This document shows, one piece after another, positions 49,911 through 64,000 of a DNA stretch of 64,000 bases. This DNA is from an uncultured Fidelibacterota bacterium (lineage in GTDB: Bacteria; Fidelibacterota; Marinisomatia; Marinisomatales; Marinisomataceae), in assembly GCA_902578385.1 (NCBI GenBank), contig CACHCR010000002.1, forward strand, positions 65,873 to 129,872. The letters run 5' to 3'. A model generated the notes under the pieces. The model was given only the letters and a program-made list of their open reading frames with translations, did no database searches and was not told the DNA's origin. The position numbers and the translations under genes were made by a program. The first letter of the stretch is position 1; every line of letters begins with the position of its first letter.

Positions 49911-51710
49911 TTATATACTGAGTTTTTCAACATTCTTTCTTGTCGTTATAAAGTCAAAAACAAATCTTGTAACAATAATTGCAGTAAACATACTTACAAT
50001 AATTCCCCAGAATAATACAGTTGCAAAACCTTTTATAGGTCCACTTCCATATTGGTATAAAACTGCAGCAGCTATTCCTGTAGTTAAATTTGCATCTACA
50101 ATTGTTCTAATGGCTCTTTCATATCCCGAATCAATCGCTGATCTTACAGATTTACCATTACGCAATTCTTCCTTAATTCTTTCAAAAATAATAACATTAG
50201 CATCAACAGACATTCCTACTGTCAAAATTAATCCCGCTATACCAGGTAGAGTTAACGTAGCTTCAAGTAACGCAAGAACACCTAATAACAAAATTAAAGT
50301 CCATAAAACTGAAAAACTTGCAATTAAGCCTGATAGTTTATAAAAGAGAACTATAAATAAAACAACAAGCAATAAACCGATTGCCATTGATAATGTTCCT
50401 TTACTAATTGAATCAGCCCCCAATGAAGCACCTACGGTTCTTTCCTCTGCGATTGTAACAGGTACTGGTAATGCTCCTGCTCTTAATACAATAGCAATAT
50501 CCTCTGCTTCTTCAATAGAATCTAATCCCTCAATTACTGTACCACCGCCAAATATTTGACCTCTAATAACAGGTGCCATATGAACCTTTCTATCTAAAAC
50601 TATTGCAATTCTATTATTAATATTAGCACCAGTAATTCTAGCCCACTCTCTTGAACCTTCACTGTTCATTTCTACTTCAACAACCGCTTGACCTGCAGTG
50701 ACTCCTGCTTGACTTAATCTCATTTGAGCGTCTTCAATAACTCCGCCAGTTAGCTCAGCATTATTAAATAAATGATATAAAGTATAAAATTCTTCTTCTT
50801 CACCAATTTCATTAATTAGCTTAATAGAAGAATCACTTGTTAGAATAGTACTATTAGTTGCTTCCAATATTTGTTTTACATTATCCTGAGCTAAAATTTC
50901 TTTCATAGAACCAAGATTCTCTGAAGATATAGCCAAGTTTCCTCCTACTGAAATTAATAAAGATGAAAACCCGAGATTTGAAGAAGTATTAGAATCAAAA
51001 AGTTCATTAATTTCACTGTCTTCATCAATACTATTTTTGGATGTTGAAGAAGCGGCAATACTATCAATCTGTCTAATCATTGCATTAGTACTTTCAACAT
51101 CTTTTACAATCATTAATTCTAAAAGCGCTGTACTTTGAAGAAGATCCCTAGCTCTTTCAGAATCTTCGATTCCAGCTAACTCAACAATAACCCTATTATT
51201 TCCTTGTTTTTGTATTGTTGGTTCGGCTACTCCAAATTGATCAACACGATTTTGAATGATTTCAATTACTCTTTTAATTGAATCTTCAGATTGTAAGGAG
51301 AGTTGAGTAATTATTTGGTCTTTGGTTTTACCATAGTTAATAAAATATCTAGGTAATTTTAAATTCTTATCATCAGCAATATTTTCAAAAACTGTAAAAA
51401 AGTCACTTGATGAATTATTATACTCAATTTTTAACTCATCAAGAAAGTCATCAAAATTATTATCTTTATTTTTAGCAAGATTGTCTATTAGCTGAGGAAG
51501 ATCAACCTCAAGAACAATATAAATTCCACCTTTCAAATCTAATCCTTGTTTTAGGCTTCTAGATTCAAAGTAATCTTTTTGTTCAGATGATAGATTGGAT
51601 ATACTTTCGTCATCCATCATTGCATATCGTATAGATGGAAGTAGTGCATAAATACCTAATCCGAATACAAATAATATTGTTAATAATCTATTTCTAATTG
51701 AACTATTCAT
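49911..51710 (-). CDS. secD: Protein translocase subunit SecD
   Basis: GLDLKGG, RVDQFGVAEP, LRAGALP, GMSVDANV.IFERIKEE, DANLTT. Confidence 0.96.
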   Translation of the reverse strand: MNSSIRNRLLTILFVFGLGIYALLPSIRYAMMDDESISNLSSEQKDYFESRSLKQGLDLKGGIYIVLEVDLPQLIDNLAKNKDNNFDDFLDELKIEYNNSSSDFFTVFENIADDKNLKLPRYFINYGKTKDQIITQLSLQSEDSIKRVIEIIQNRVDQFGVAEPTIQKQGNNRVIVELAGIEDSERARDLLQSTALLELMIVKDVESTNAMIRQIDSIAASSTSKNSIDEDSEINELFDSNTSSNLGFSSLLISVGGNLAISSENLGSMKEILAQDNVKQILEATNSTILTSDSSIKLINEIGEEEEFYTLYHLFNNAELTGGVIEDAQMRLSQAGVTAGQAVVEVEMNSEGSREWARITGANINNRIAIVLDRKVHMAPVIRGQIFGGGTVIEGLDSIEEAEDIAIVLRAGALPVPVTIAEERTVGASLGADSISKGTLSMAIGLLLVVLFIVLFYKLSGLIASFSVLWTLILLLGVLALLEATLTLPGIAGLILTVGMSVDANVIIFERIKEELRNGKSVRSAIDSGYERAIRTIVDANLTTGIAAAVLYQYGSGPIKGFATVLFWGIIVSMFTAIIVTRFVFDFITTRKNVEKLSI

Positions 51711-51754
51711 AAGTGAGTGAATTTAATACATTAACATGCTTTTTCACTATTTTT

Positions 51755-52933
51755 TTAAATAATATTTAGTGCCTTTCCACAATCTTTAAAAGTGTCAACA
51801 GCATATACTAATTGTTCTCTTGAATGGATTGAAGAAAGCTGTACTCTTATCCTTGCTTGATCTTTTGGAACAACAGGAAAAGAAAATGGAATTACATATA
51901 TATTTTTTTCTAAAAGCATTTCAGATAAAGCTACTGCTTTTTTTGCATCATAAATCATTATTGGAACAATCGGATGTGAGTCTCCCTTTATCTCATAACC
52001 AATTTCTTTTATTTGCTCTCTAAAAAAAAGTGTATTTTGTTGAAGTTGTTTTAAAAGATTTTTATTTGAATTAATTATTTCTAAAGCTTTTAAGCATGCC
52101 ACTACTAATGTAGGAGCTAAGCTGTTAGAAAAAAGATATGGTCTAGATTTTTGTCTTAAAGTATCAATAATATTCTTTGAAGCTGAAACAAACCCTCCCG
52201 AAGCTCCGCCAAGCGCCTTTCCAAAAGTAGAAGAAATTATATCAACTTTGTCTAAAACATTATAGAATTCACCACTTCCTTTACCATTTTCTCCAATGAA
52301 ACCTGTGGCATGACAATCATCAACCATTACAAGAGCATCATACTTTTTAGCTAACTTAACAATTTCATCTACAGGTGCAATAGTACCATCCATACTGAAA
52401 ACTCCGTCAGTAACAATAAGTTTAATTCTCGCTGAAGATTGATTTAGTTTTTTCTCTAAATCGTTCATATCACAGTTTTTATATCTATGTTTTTGTGCTT
52501 TACAAAGTCTAACTCCATCAATTATTGATGCGTGGTTAAGTTCATCTGAAAATACAGCATCTTTATCACTTAAAATCGTTTCGAAAAATCCGCCATTTGC
52601 ATCAAAACAAGAAGAGTAGAGAATAGTATCATCTTTACCAAGAAATTTGCTAACGGAATCTTCTAATTGTTTGTGAATGGTTTGAGTCCCACATATAAAT
52701 CTTACTGAACCAAGACCAAAACCCCATTCTTGAATGGCATCTACAGCTGCTTTTTTAATTTCACTATTATTAGCTAATCCAAGATAATTATTTGCACAAA
52801 AGTTGAGTACTGTTTTACCCTTAACACTGATTTGAGCTTCTTGAGCAGTCTCAATTATTCTTTCATCTTTATAGGTACCTTGCTCTTTAATCTCATTTAA
52901 TTGAGCATTTAGGATTTGATCAATGTTTTTCAT
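51755..52933 (-). CDS. kbl: 2-amino-3-ketobutyrate CoA ligase (glycine C-acetyltransferase)
   Basis: NFCANNYLGL, SVRFICGT, NHASIIDG, DDCHA, STFGKALGG, SRPYLFSN. Confidence 0.95.
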   Translation of the reverse strand: MKNIDQILNAQLNEIKEQGTYKDERIIETAQEAQISVKGKTVLNFCANNYLGLANNSEIKKAAVDAIQEWGFGLGSVRFICGTQTIHKQLEDSVSKFLGKDDTILYSSCFDANGGFFETILSDKDAVFSDELNHASIIDGVRLCKAQKHRYKNCDMNDLEKKLNQSSARIKLIVTDGVFSMDGTIAPVDEIVKLAKKYDALVMVDDCHATGFIGENGKGSGEFYNVLDKVDIISSTFGKALGGASGGFVSASKNIIDTLRQKSRPYLFSNSLAPTLVVACLKALEIINSNKNLLKQLQQNTLFFREQIKEIGYEIKGDSHPIVPIMIYDAKKAVALSEMLLEKNIYVIPFSFPVVPKDQARIRVQLSSIHSREQLVYAVDTFKDCGKALNII

Positions 52934-53892
52934 TTTGCCTTATCAATTATATTATCTAAAAAATCTTCTAATTGCATGTTACTTGAAAACTTCCAATATT
53001 TTTTTGAGTTGTCACAATTTAAACTAGAGGGCCATGTATCTGCAACTGATTGAAATTTTTTCTCTTCATTAAATGAAACAGTAAAAGTAGGAAACTTTTG
53101 TATTAGCATATCACTTAATTCTTTAACTGAAAAATTTACTTCTTCAACATTAAATGCTCTAATAATAGAATTAATATTTTTAAAGCTCATAAGCTTCATT
53201 ATTGAAGAAATAGTTTTATTAATGCTAATAAAAGGAAGAGAGGTTTCAGGTAATAAATTACAATCAAAATGTTGTCCTTTTAAAGCCGCATGAATCATCT
53301 GTGATGCATAATCTGTGGTTCCTCCAGATGGAACAGTGTCATAACTAATTACCCCAGGAAATCTGATTGATCTGAAGTCTAAACCGCAAACTTTTAAATT
53401 ACTTTTTTCATGCACTCTACTTCCGTATTGCTCAATTGCAAGTTTATTATTCCCATAAATAGTATTTGGTTTTATTATATCCTGCTCTGATGCAAACTTA
53501 ATTTTTCTAGGACCATATACAGCTATTGAACTAGGGAAGAAAAATTTAGTGATATAATTATTATCAACAGCATTTTGAAAAGCACAATCAATCAAATTTC
53601 TGGAAGCATCTTCATTAACTTGAATTGCAAGTTTAGGATTTTTAGATGCAGTTTGACTTAATAGTGCTGCAAAATGATATACTTCAGAAATATAATTTTT
53701 TTTAAAAATGGAATTAATTAAATCATAGTTGAGGATAGTGTCCTTTATATAGGTCACAGAATTAATTTTTTCTTGAGAATCATTAATATCAATAGCAATC
53801 ACTTTTTTATTATGTTCTACTAGTTTTTTAACGATTTTGCTTCCAAGCTCACCATTAAATCCTGTAATTAATACTTTTTGTTCCACATCCAA
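52930..53892 (-). CDS. tdh: GalE-like (SDR-type) L-threonine 3-dehydrogenase
   Basis: ITGFNGELG, AALLS, PSSIAV, YGNNK, PSGGTTDYA, ADTWP; coupled to kbl. Confidence 0.8.
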   Translation of the reverse strand: MDVEQKVLITGFNGELGSKIVKKLVEHNKKVIAIDINDSQEKINSVTYIKDTILNYDLINSIFKKNYISEVYHFAALLSQTASKNPKLAIQVNEDASRNLIDCAFQNAVDNNYITKFFFPSSIAVYGPRKIKFASEQDIIKPNTIYGNNKLAIEQYGSRVHEKSNLKVCGLDFRSIRFPGVISYDTVPSGGTTDYASQMIHAALKGQHFDCNLLPETSLPFISINKTISSIMKLMSFKNINSIIRAFNVEEVNFSVKELSDMLIQKFPTFTVSFNEEKKFQSVADTWPSSLNCDNSKKYWKFSSNMQLEDFLDNIIDKAK

Positions 53893-53925
53893 AGTTAACC
53901 CAGATAAAATGATTTTTTAAAAACT

Positions 53926-53954
53926 TTGTATTAGCCTTATTTAGCGTTTAAATT
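53926..53954 (+). promoter_or_regulatory. Putative sigma70-type promoter for parAB
   Basis: TTGTAT-17 nt-TAAATT ending 10 nt before the parA ATG. Confidence 0.4.
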
Positions 53955-53964
53955 TTTCATTCAT

Positions 53965-54729
53965 ATGAAAAAAATTATCTCAATAATTAATCAAAAGGGA
54001 GGTGTTGGAAAAACCACCACAGCCATTAATTTAGCTGCAAGTTTAGCAATCTTAGAAAAGAAGACCCTTTTAATTGATTTTGATCCTCAAGCTAATGCTA
54101 CTACAGGGTTAAATAATTTTGATATTGAAAATGATTTCTCAATATATGATGCAATGATTGGAAGTGAAAAAATGTTAGACACTATTTCGAATACAAGTCT
54201 TGATTTTTTGCATTTTATTAAATCTGACACAAATCTTGTTGGTTGTGAGATTGAATTGGTTACGTTATCAAATAGAGAAAAGCAGCTTTTAAAACTTATT
54301 AATAGAGTCAAAAAGAATTATGATTATATACTGATAGACTGCCCTCCTTCTTTAGGGTTATTAACTCTCAATGCATTAACTGCATCAACAGATGTATTGA
54401 TTCCAATTCAAAGCGAATTTTTTGCATTAGAAGGTCTGAAAAGTCTTCAGGAGACCATAAAAATAGTTAAAGAAAATATTAATAGTAATTTGAATATTCT
54501 AGGCCTGCTTATTACAATGCATACAAAAAGATTGAGACTTTCAAAAAAGGTTGAACGTTTGTTAAAAACAAATTTTAAAAATAAATTGTTTAAGACAAAA
54601 ATAAGCAGGAATGTTCGTTTGGCTGAAGCTCCTGATGATGGTAAGCCAGCAATAATGTATGATGTTAATTGTTCAGGAGCCAAAGATTATATGGATTTAG
54701 CATTGGAAATTATAAATGAAAAAAGATAA
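53965..54729 (+). CDS. parA: Chromosome partitioning ATPase ParA/Soj
   Basis: KGGVGKTT, DFDPQANAT, DCPPSLG, RNVRLAEAP. Confidence 0.95.
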   Translation: MKKIISIINQKGGVGKTTTAINLAASLAILEKKTLLIDFDPQANATTGLNNFDIENDFSIYDAMIGSEKMLDTISNTSLDFLHFIKSDTNLVGCEIELVTLSNREKQLLKLINRVKKNYDYILIDCPPSLGLLTLNALTASTDVLIPIQSEFFALEGLKSLQETIKIVKENINSNLNILGLLITMHTKRLRLSKKVERLLKTNFKNKLFKTKISRNVRLAEAPDDGKPAIMYDVNCSGAKDYMDLALEIINEKR

Positions 54730-55546
54730 ACAGCTCGGTCAAGGTTTAGGCGCTCTTCTAACACCCTCAAAATCAAAGCTAGAGGATTATAATCAGAGTA
54801 GTATTCTTATTAGTAAAATTAAACCGAATCCAAATCAGCCTCGAAAGAATTTTGAGGATAAATCTTTAAAACAATTAGCCCAATCAATTGAAGAAAAAGG
54901 ATTAATTAGTCCTATCACAGTTAAGAAAGTTGATAATAAATATATTATCGTAGCTGGAGAAAGAAGGTTTAGAGCTCACAAGTTATTAAATAAAAAAAGA
55001 ATTCTTGCTTATGTTATTGATGCTGATTCTAATAAGGATGTAATGTATATGGCTCTTATTGAGAATATTCAAAGAGAGGATCTCAATCCAATTGAAGAAG
55101 CAAAAGGATACAAATATTTACAAGAAAATTTACAATCTTCAATTACTGAAATAGCAAAAACTGTTGGTAAATCAAGGCCAGCAGTTTCCAATGCTTTAAG
55201 ACTATTAAAGCTTCCTGATCAAATACAAGATAGTATCTTAAAAGGTGAAATAAATGCAGGACAAGCAAGAGCAATTTTACAGAGAAAAACTTCTCAAGGC
55301 ATGCTCCAGATTTGGCAAAAACTATTAACAGAGAAGATATCAGTACGTAAAACAGAAAAATTAGCTTCAAAAAGAAAGGTTTCTCCTCAATTACAAAACA
55401 TGCAAGACAAGCTTTCGAGATTAATTGGTGAAAAAGTAGTTATAAATCAAAATGCTAAAACCAAAAAAGGTTTTATTAAGATTAATTTCAGTAAAAAAAC
55501 AGTTGGTAGAGTATTAGATAAGCTAAAATCAATTAAGTCTGATTAA
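54716..55546 (+). CDS. parB: Chromosome partitioning protein ParB/Spo0J
   Basis: LGQGLGALL, NPNQPRK, AGERRFRA, ENIQREDL, HTH GKSRPAVSN.LRLL. Confidence 0.95.
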   Translation: MKKDKQLGQGLGALLTPSKSKLEDYNQSSILISKIKPNPNQPRKNFEDKSLKQLAQSIEEKGLISPITVKKVDNKYIIVAGERRFRAHKLLNKKRILAYVIDADSNKDVMYMALIENIQREDLNPIEEAKGYKYLQENLQSSITEIAKTVGKSRPAVSNALRLLKLPDQIQDSILKGEINAGQARAILQRKTSQGMLQIWQKLLTEKISVRKTEKLASKRKVSPQLQNMQDKLSRLIGEKVVINQNAKTKKGFIKINFSKKTVGRVLDKLKSIKSD

Positions 55547-55550
55547 TTTT

Positions 55551-56285
55551 ATGAAATTAAGTAAATATAAAATTCTATTTATTTCTCCATTTTCTGATAA
55601 ATCATGGCAAATAGAATTCAGTAGGTTCACATTTATTTCATCAATTATAGCATTAGTAACATTATTAATTTGTTCAATAATTCTATTATATTTTTCATCA
55701 CCGATTGTAAAAGAATATTTAAGAGTTTCTACAATTAATAAAGAAATTAAACAGCAACAAGAAATAATTAATAATATAGATAAGTCTATTGAAGAGATTG
55801 CGATAATGAAATCATACATTGATACTATAATTGGTACGGAGCAATCAAACGATTTAAATGAAAACAATATTAGATATATGATTGCAAATAATTTACCATC
55901 CGTTAAACCTACGGATGGTTTAATTAGTAAATTATACGATAAAGAAACAAAGCATTTAGGTATAGATTTAGTAAATGAAGTAGGAACTCCTATCTTTGCG
56001 ACTGCAAGTGGATTAGTTGTTTTGAGTGATTTTTCAGAGGATTTTGGAAATTTTATTATTCTAGATCATCAAAATGGATATATATCCCATTATTATCATA
56101 ATGAAGAAAATTTTGTCAAAAAGGGTGACTTTACAAATGCTGGTGATGTTATAGCAAAATTAGGTAATACTGGAATGTCTACTGGCCCCCATCTTCATTT
56201 TGAAATTTGGAAAGATGGTAAATCAATAAATCCGAATACTTTTTTCGACGATTTTAATTTAAAATCTGATAAATTACCTAAATGA
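55551..56285 (+). CDS. Membrane-anchored M23 metallopeptidase
   Basis: TM helix, coiled coil, HLGID, STGPHLHFE. Confidence 0.9.
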   Translation: MKLSKYKILFISPFSDKSWQIEFSRFTFISSIIALVTLLICSIILLYFSSPIVKEYLRVSTINKEIKQQQEIINNIDKSIEEIAIMKSYIDTIIGTEQSNDLNENNIRYMIANNLPSVKPTDGLISKLYDKETKHLGIDLVNEVGTPIFATASGLVVLSDFSEDFGNFIILDHQNGYISHYYHNEENFVKKGDFTNAGDVIAKLGNTGMSTGPHLHFEIWKDGKSINPNTFFDDFNLKSDKLPK

Positions 56286-56626
56286 AGATTCAATCAAAAG
56301 CAACCAATAGTCAGACAATTATAGCTGAAGATGTAGCTATTGACGGAAATATGATTCTTAGTGGGAATGTTACAATATATGGGGAAATCAAAGGTTCAGT
56401 AAAAACAGATGGTGCAATCCAGCTTGCAAAAAGTGGAAAAATTTTTGGCGATGTTCAAGCATCAATGATACAAATCAATGGCTATATTGAAGGTGATGCC
56501 CATATTAACGGCCCTGCTGAGCTTTTAAAAGGTTGTGAATTGGTTGGCAATCTAAAATATAAAGTTTTAACTATCGAAGATGGCGCTCAGTTCTCTGGAA
56601 GATGTGATATAATAGTTGATGAATAA
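56282..56626 (+). CDS. Bactofilin (polymer-forming cytoskeletal protein)
   Basis: TII.....IDG, G.I.G repeats, L.IEDGA.F.G. Confidence 0.9.
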   Translation: MKIQSKATNSQTIIAEDVAIDGNMILSGNVTIYGEIKGSVKTDGAIQLAKSGKIFGDVQASMIQINGYIEGDAHINGPAELLKGCELVGNLKYKVLTIEDGAQFSGRCDIIVDE

Positions 56627-56813
56627 AAAAAAGACTTTAAGCTCCATTATGGCTGAAAGTTATTCAGTCTATTTTGAATTTATTGGAATCATTCTTTCTT
56701 GGCTTTTAATAGCATTTTTTTTCTTTAATGACATTTGGAGAGTTTTTATAATGATTATTGGAGTTTTTCATGCTTCATATCGTGCCTACCAACATGTAAA
56801 TAATAATAATTGA
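56616..56813 (+). CDS. Small 2-TM protein, AtpZ/AtpI-like
   Basis: Two hydrophobic helices; position immediately before atpB. Confidence 0.5.
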   Translation: MMNKKKTLSSIMAESYSVYFEFIGIILSWLLIAFFFFNDIWRVFIMIIGVFHASYRAYQHVNNNN

Positions 56814-56867
56814 GATTTCCACTTTTTTTTCTGTTTTTCCTTATAACTTTCTATTTATATTTCGGCG

Positions 56868-58041
<1,174 letters not shown>

Positions 58042-58059
58042 TCAAAATAAGGAAATAAT

Positions 58060-58566
58060 ATGAATCCATTATTAACGCCAGAACTAGGCACATATGTCTG
58101 GTCATTAGTTATTTTTTTAACTGTACTTTTCGTTTTAAAGAAGTATGCATGGAATCCTCTTCTTGATTTTTTAGAAGAAAGAGAAAAGGATATTGCTGAA
58201 TCTTTGGAAATGGCTGAGAGTGCTAAAACTAATCTTGAAAAAATTAAAGATGAGTCTGAAAAAATACTTAATAAGGCAAAAAAAGAAGGCAAAACTATTG
58301 TAAGCGATAGCAAATTAAGAGCTGAAGAATCTGCAAATAAAATCCTTGATGATGCTAAAGCAAAATCAAATGAATTTCTTGATGACGCAAAATCAAAAAT
58401 TGAAATTGAGAAAAAGCGAGCAATTAAAGAAATTAAGGAAGAGGTTGTAGATTTAAGTTTAGAACTTGCTACAAAAGTTTTGCAGCGTAATGTTAAGGAT
58501 GATGATAATAATAAGTTTATTAAATCATCACTTGAGGCAGTAAAGGCAGATGAAGCAAAATCTTAA
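58060..58566 (+). CDS. atpF: ATP synthase F0 subunit b
   Basis: N-terminal TM, W.PL...LEERE, coiled coil. Confidence 0.94.
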   Translation: MNPLLTPELGTYVWSLVIFLTVLFVLKKYAWNPLLDFLEEREKDIAESLEMAESAKTNLEKIKDESEKILNKAKKEGKTIVSDSKLRAEESANKILDDAKAKSNEFLDDAKSKIEIEKKRAIKEIKEEVVDLSLELATKVLQRNVKDDDNNKFIKSSLEAVKADEAKS

Positions 58567-59092
58567 AAAAGTAAATATTTACTCGAACCTTTTAAATGAT
58601 GCAGTTAATTCGTTTGATGATTTTAATAGCGTCAGTATTGGGTTAGAAGAATTTAATTCTTCATTAAGAAGAGATTTATCTATTAATACATTTTTCAAAT
58701 CTAAGACAATTGATAGTTCGACCAAAATTAGTCTTTTTGAAAAAGCTGTCTCTCAATCAATGAATGGAATATTAGTTGAGGTGTTAAAAGTAGTAATTGA
58801 AAATGAAGATACTAATTTAGTTAATGATATTTTTAAGAGCTTTATTACACTTTCAAAAGAGAAACTAAATATAGCATTTGTTGATGTTACTTCTTCTGCT
58901 GAAATAAATAATAGTCAACAAGAAGATATAACAAGCTCTTTAAGTGATCTTATTAATAAGAAAATCAATATCAATTTTGATGTTGATAAAAATTTAATTG
59001 GGGGACTTAAGATTAAAGTAGACGATACTCTATATGATAGTAGTCTGCAAACAAAATTAGAAAAAGCAAAATCAAAATTGGTAGGGGTATAA
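58550..59092 (+). CDS. atpH: ATP synthase F1 subunit delta
   Basis: V.VTSS, VD.NLIGG, YDSSL..KL. Confidence 0.9.
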   Translation: MKQNLKKVNIYSNLLNDAVNSFDDFNSVSIGLEEFNSSLRRDLSINTFFKSKTIDSSTKISLFEKAVSQSMNGILVEVLKVVIENEDTNLVNDIFKSFITLSKEKLNIAFVDVTSSAEINNSQQEDITSSLSDLINKKININFDVDKNLIGGLKIKVDDTLYDSSLQTKLEKAKSKLVGV

Positions 59093-60610
59093 ATGGATAT
59101 TAAAACAAATGAAATTGGAGATTTGTTAAGAAGTCAAATCAAAAACATCAATGAAAATGTTGATGTAAATGAAGTTGGCGAAGTTTTAGAAATTGGTGAT
59201 GGTGTTGCCCGCACAAGTGGTCTGGGCAGCGTTATGAGTTCTGAGCTAGTTGAGTTCCCAAATAATGTATTTGGTATGGCATTGAATTTAGAAGAAGAAA
59301 ATGTTGGTGCAGTTCTATTTGGAGATAGTAGTCTTGTTAAAGAAGGTGATACTGTTAAGCGAACTGGTAAGGTTGTTGAGGTTCCTGTTGGAAAAGAATT
59401 ACTTGGGCGCGTAGTTGATCCTTTGGGACAGCCAATGGATGGAAAGGGACCTGTCAATGCTAAAGAAACTTTACCAATCGAAAGAAAAGCTTTAGGTGTT
59501 ATGCAAAGATTCCCAGTTAAAGAACCCCTACAAACTGGATTAAAATCAATTGATAGCATGATTCCAATTGGCCGCGGTCAAAGAGAGCTAATAATTGGAG
59601 ATAGACAAACTGGTAAGTCAGCAATTGCTATTGATGCTATTATTAATCAAAAATCAACTCATGATTCTGATAGCCCAGTATATTGTATTTATGTTGCCGT
59701 TGGTCAGAAAGCTTCTACTGTTGCAAAACTAGTTGCAGAGCTTGAAGCTAATGGCGCAATGGAATATACTACAGTTGTTGTGGCAAATGCGTCTGATCCA
59801 GCACCCTTACAATATATTGCTCCTTACTCTGGATGTGCCATGGGAGAATATTATAGAGATAATGGAATGCATGGATTAATTGTGTATGATGATCTTTCAA
59901 AACAAGCTACAGCTTATAGACAAATGTCACTTGTTTTGAGGAGACCTCCAGGACGAGAAGCTTTCCCTGGTGATGTATTTTATTTGCATAGTAGATTATT
60001 AGAAAGAGCTTCAAAACTATCTGAAGATTTAGGTTCTGGTTCTTTAACTGCTCTTCCAGTAATTGAAACTCAAGAAGGTGATGTATCTGCATACATTCCA
60101 ACTAATGTAATTTCCATTACTGATGGACAGATTTATTTAGATACTAATTTATTTAACGGGGGAGTCAGGCCTGCTGTTGATGTTGGTCTTTCAGTATCTA
60201 GAGTAGGAGGAAGCGCTCAAATTAAAGCAATGAAGAAGATTGCTGGAAAACTTCGTTTAGACCTTGCTCAATTCAGAGAGCTAGAGGCATTTGCAAAATT
60301 TGCATCTGATTTAGATGAATCTACTGCTGCTCAAATTACTAGAGGTAGGAGAATGGTTGAAATCTTAAAGCAGAATCAATATGTACCAATGTCTACTGAA
60401 AAACAAGTGGCAATTATTTATGCCGCAAGTCAGGGGTACCTAGATGATATTGATCTTGAATCTGTAAAAGAGTTTGAGGTAGGACTATTAGAGCATTTTG
60501 ATTCAAAGCATGCTGATTGCTTAGATGAGATAAGCAAAACAGGAGATATTTCTGACAAATTAGCTGATAAAATGATCAAAGCTATTGAGGAATTCAAAAA
60601 GAGCTTCTAA
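59093..60610 (+). CDS. atpA: ATP synthase F1 subunit alpha
   Basis: [29 protein letters not shown]. Confidence 0.98.
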   Translation: MDIKTNEIGDLLRSQIKNINENVDVNEVGEVLEIGDGVARTSGLGSVMSSELVEFPNNVFGMALNLEEENVGAVLFGDSSLVKEGDTVKRTGKVVEVPVGKELLGRVVDPLGQPMDGKGPVNAKETLPIERKALGVMQRFPVKEPLQTGLKSIDSMIPIGRGQRELIIGDRQTGKSAIAIDAIINQKSTHDSDSPVYCIYVAVGQKASTVAKLVAELEANGAMEYTTVVVANASDPAPLQYIAPYSGCAMGEYYRDNGMHGLIVYDDLSKQATAYRQMSLVLRRPPGREAFPGDVFYLHSRLLERASKLSEDLGSGSLTALPVIETQEGDVSAYIPTNVISITDGQIYLDTNLFNGGVRPAVDVGLSVSRVGGSAQIKAMKKIAGKLRLDLAQFRELEAFAKFASDLDESTAAQITRGRRMVEILKQNQYVPMSTEKQVAIIYAASQGYLDDIDLESVKEFEVGLLEHFDSKHADCLDEISKTGDISDKLADKMIKAIEEFKKSF

Positions 60611-60611
60611 T

Positions 60612-63152
<2,541 letters not shown>

Positions 63153-63170
63153 TTATTAGATTATTAGTAG

Positions 63171-64000
63171 ATGGCATTAAGAACTCATAATTGCGGTGAA
63201 CTAAATAAAAATCATATTGATCAAACTGTTAAACTTTCCGGTTGGGTCAACTCTATAAGAACACATGGTCAAATTATTTTTATTGATTTACGTGATCGAT
63301 TCGGAAAAACTCAAATTATTTTGAATTCCGATGAATTAATTAAAATTGGGAAAACCTTATCTAATGAAGATGTTGTTTTTATTGAAGGAAAAGTTTCTTC
63401 AAGATCAAAAGATTTAATAAATCCTGATTTAGAAACGGGTGAGATTGAAGTTTTAGTGAAAAAAATGATTGTACTTAGTAATGCAGAACCATTACCTATG
63501 TCCATTCAAGATAGAGATGCCTCATCTGAAGAGCATAGACTTAAGTATAGATACTTAGAGCTAAGAAATAATGATTTACAAAAAAATATTATTATTAGAC
63601 ATAATACAGCACAAACTGTACGAAATTTTCTTTCAGATAATAAATTTTTAGAAATTGAGACACCAGTCTTGATGAAATCTACCCCAGAAGGAGCTAGAGA
63701 TTATTTAGTTCCTAGTAGAGTTCACAATGGAAGGTTTTATGCATTGCCTCAATCTCCTCAGATGTATAAACAATTATTTATGATCTCTGGCCTAGATAGA
63801 TATTTTCAAATTGTTAAATGTTTTAGAGATGAAGATTTAAGATCTGATAGACAGCCTGAGTTTACTCAAATTGACCTAGAAATGAGTTTTGTTGATGAAA
63901 AAGATGTTAGATTAATAGTTGAGAAATTGTTAACTAAAGTTTTCAAAGAAGTAATCAATATTGAGCTAAAAGAATTTCCAATATTATCTTATCATGACGC
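63171..64000 (+). CDS. aspS: Aspartate--tRNA ligase, N-terminal part (3' truncated)
   Basis: Manually read frame: MALRTHNCGEL...GWV..IRTHG..FIDLRD, RLKYRYLELR, STPEGARDY, ALPQSPQ, CFRDEDLR.DRQPEFTQ. Confidence 0.96.
   Translation, partial: MALRTHNCGELNKNHIDQTVKLSGWVNSIRTHGQIIFIDLRDRFGKTQIILNSDELIKIGKTLSNEDVVFIEGKVSSRSKDLINPDLETGEIEVLVKKMIVLSNAEPLPMSIQDRDASSEEHRLKYRYLELRNNDLQKNIIIRHNTAQTVRNFLSDNKFLEIETPVLMKSTPEGARDYLVPSRVHNGRFYALPQSPQMYKQLFMISGLDRYFQIVKCFRDEDLRSDRQPEFTQIDLEMSFVDEKDVRLIVEKLLTKVFKEVINIELKEFPILSYHD

Noticed and set aside
53893-56867. parS palindrome or DnaA-box cluster near parAB
   Set aside because: No TGTTTCACGTGAAACA-like site or TTATCCACA cluster noticed by eye; an exhaustive scan was not possible
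59134-59559. Antisense and alternate-frame short ORFs (e.g. 59134-59559, 37050-37535, 40889-41224, 57924-58313, 23324-23665, 63311-63505)
   Set aside because: They lie wholly or mostly within well-supported genes and have no motifs or RBS; typical shadow ORFs

Overview
AT-rich (roughly 28-30% GC by eye), gene-dense, streamlined bacterial chromosome segment in standard code 11, with many overlapping start/stop junctions. The gene content points to a diderm FCB-group organism, plausibly marine Marinimicrobia/SAR406 (inference): Kdo/LPS genes, DUF2723, DUF4835, a TonB receptor with a CarboxypepD-like N-terminus, and an FCB-style atp operon. Most of the window is housekeeping: valS (partial), recG, cca, a TolC-MacA-ABC exporter, gatC-kdsB-pyrG-kdsA-kdsC-lptC-lptB-rpoN-argF, lpxH, an Omp85-family fusion, tgt, bcp, secDF, kbl/tdh, parAB, M23-bactofilin, the atp operon and aspS (partial), plus tRNA-Asn and tRNA-Arg. 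The most notable region is 34.9-45.7 kb, an apparent phosphate-starvation island with no pstSCAB in the window. It holds tRNA-Asn, phoB-like, a soluble phoR-like kinase, a TonB-dependent receptor, an acidic beta-helix lipoprotein, phoU, a highly divergent PiT-like transporter and a beta-propeller phytase-like gene. Three of its intergenic regions share an 11-bp-periodic direct repeat (AATYCWAACAT), a candidate lineage-specific Pho box. The phoB RBS appears to lie inside the tRNA acceptor stem. A 3'UTR hairpin is complementary to the receptor's RBS. A second highlight is a monocistronic 75-aa basic tandem-repeat protein with strong expression signals (candidate nucleoid protein). No CRISPR array, IS element or prophage was seen.
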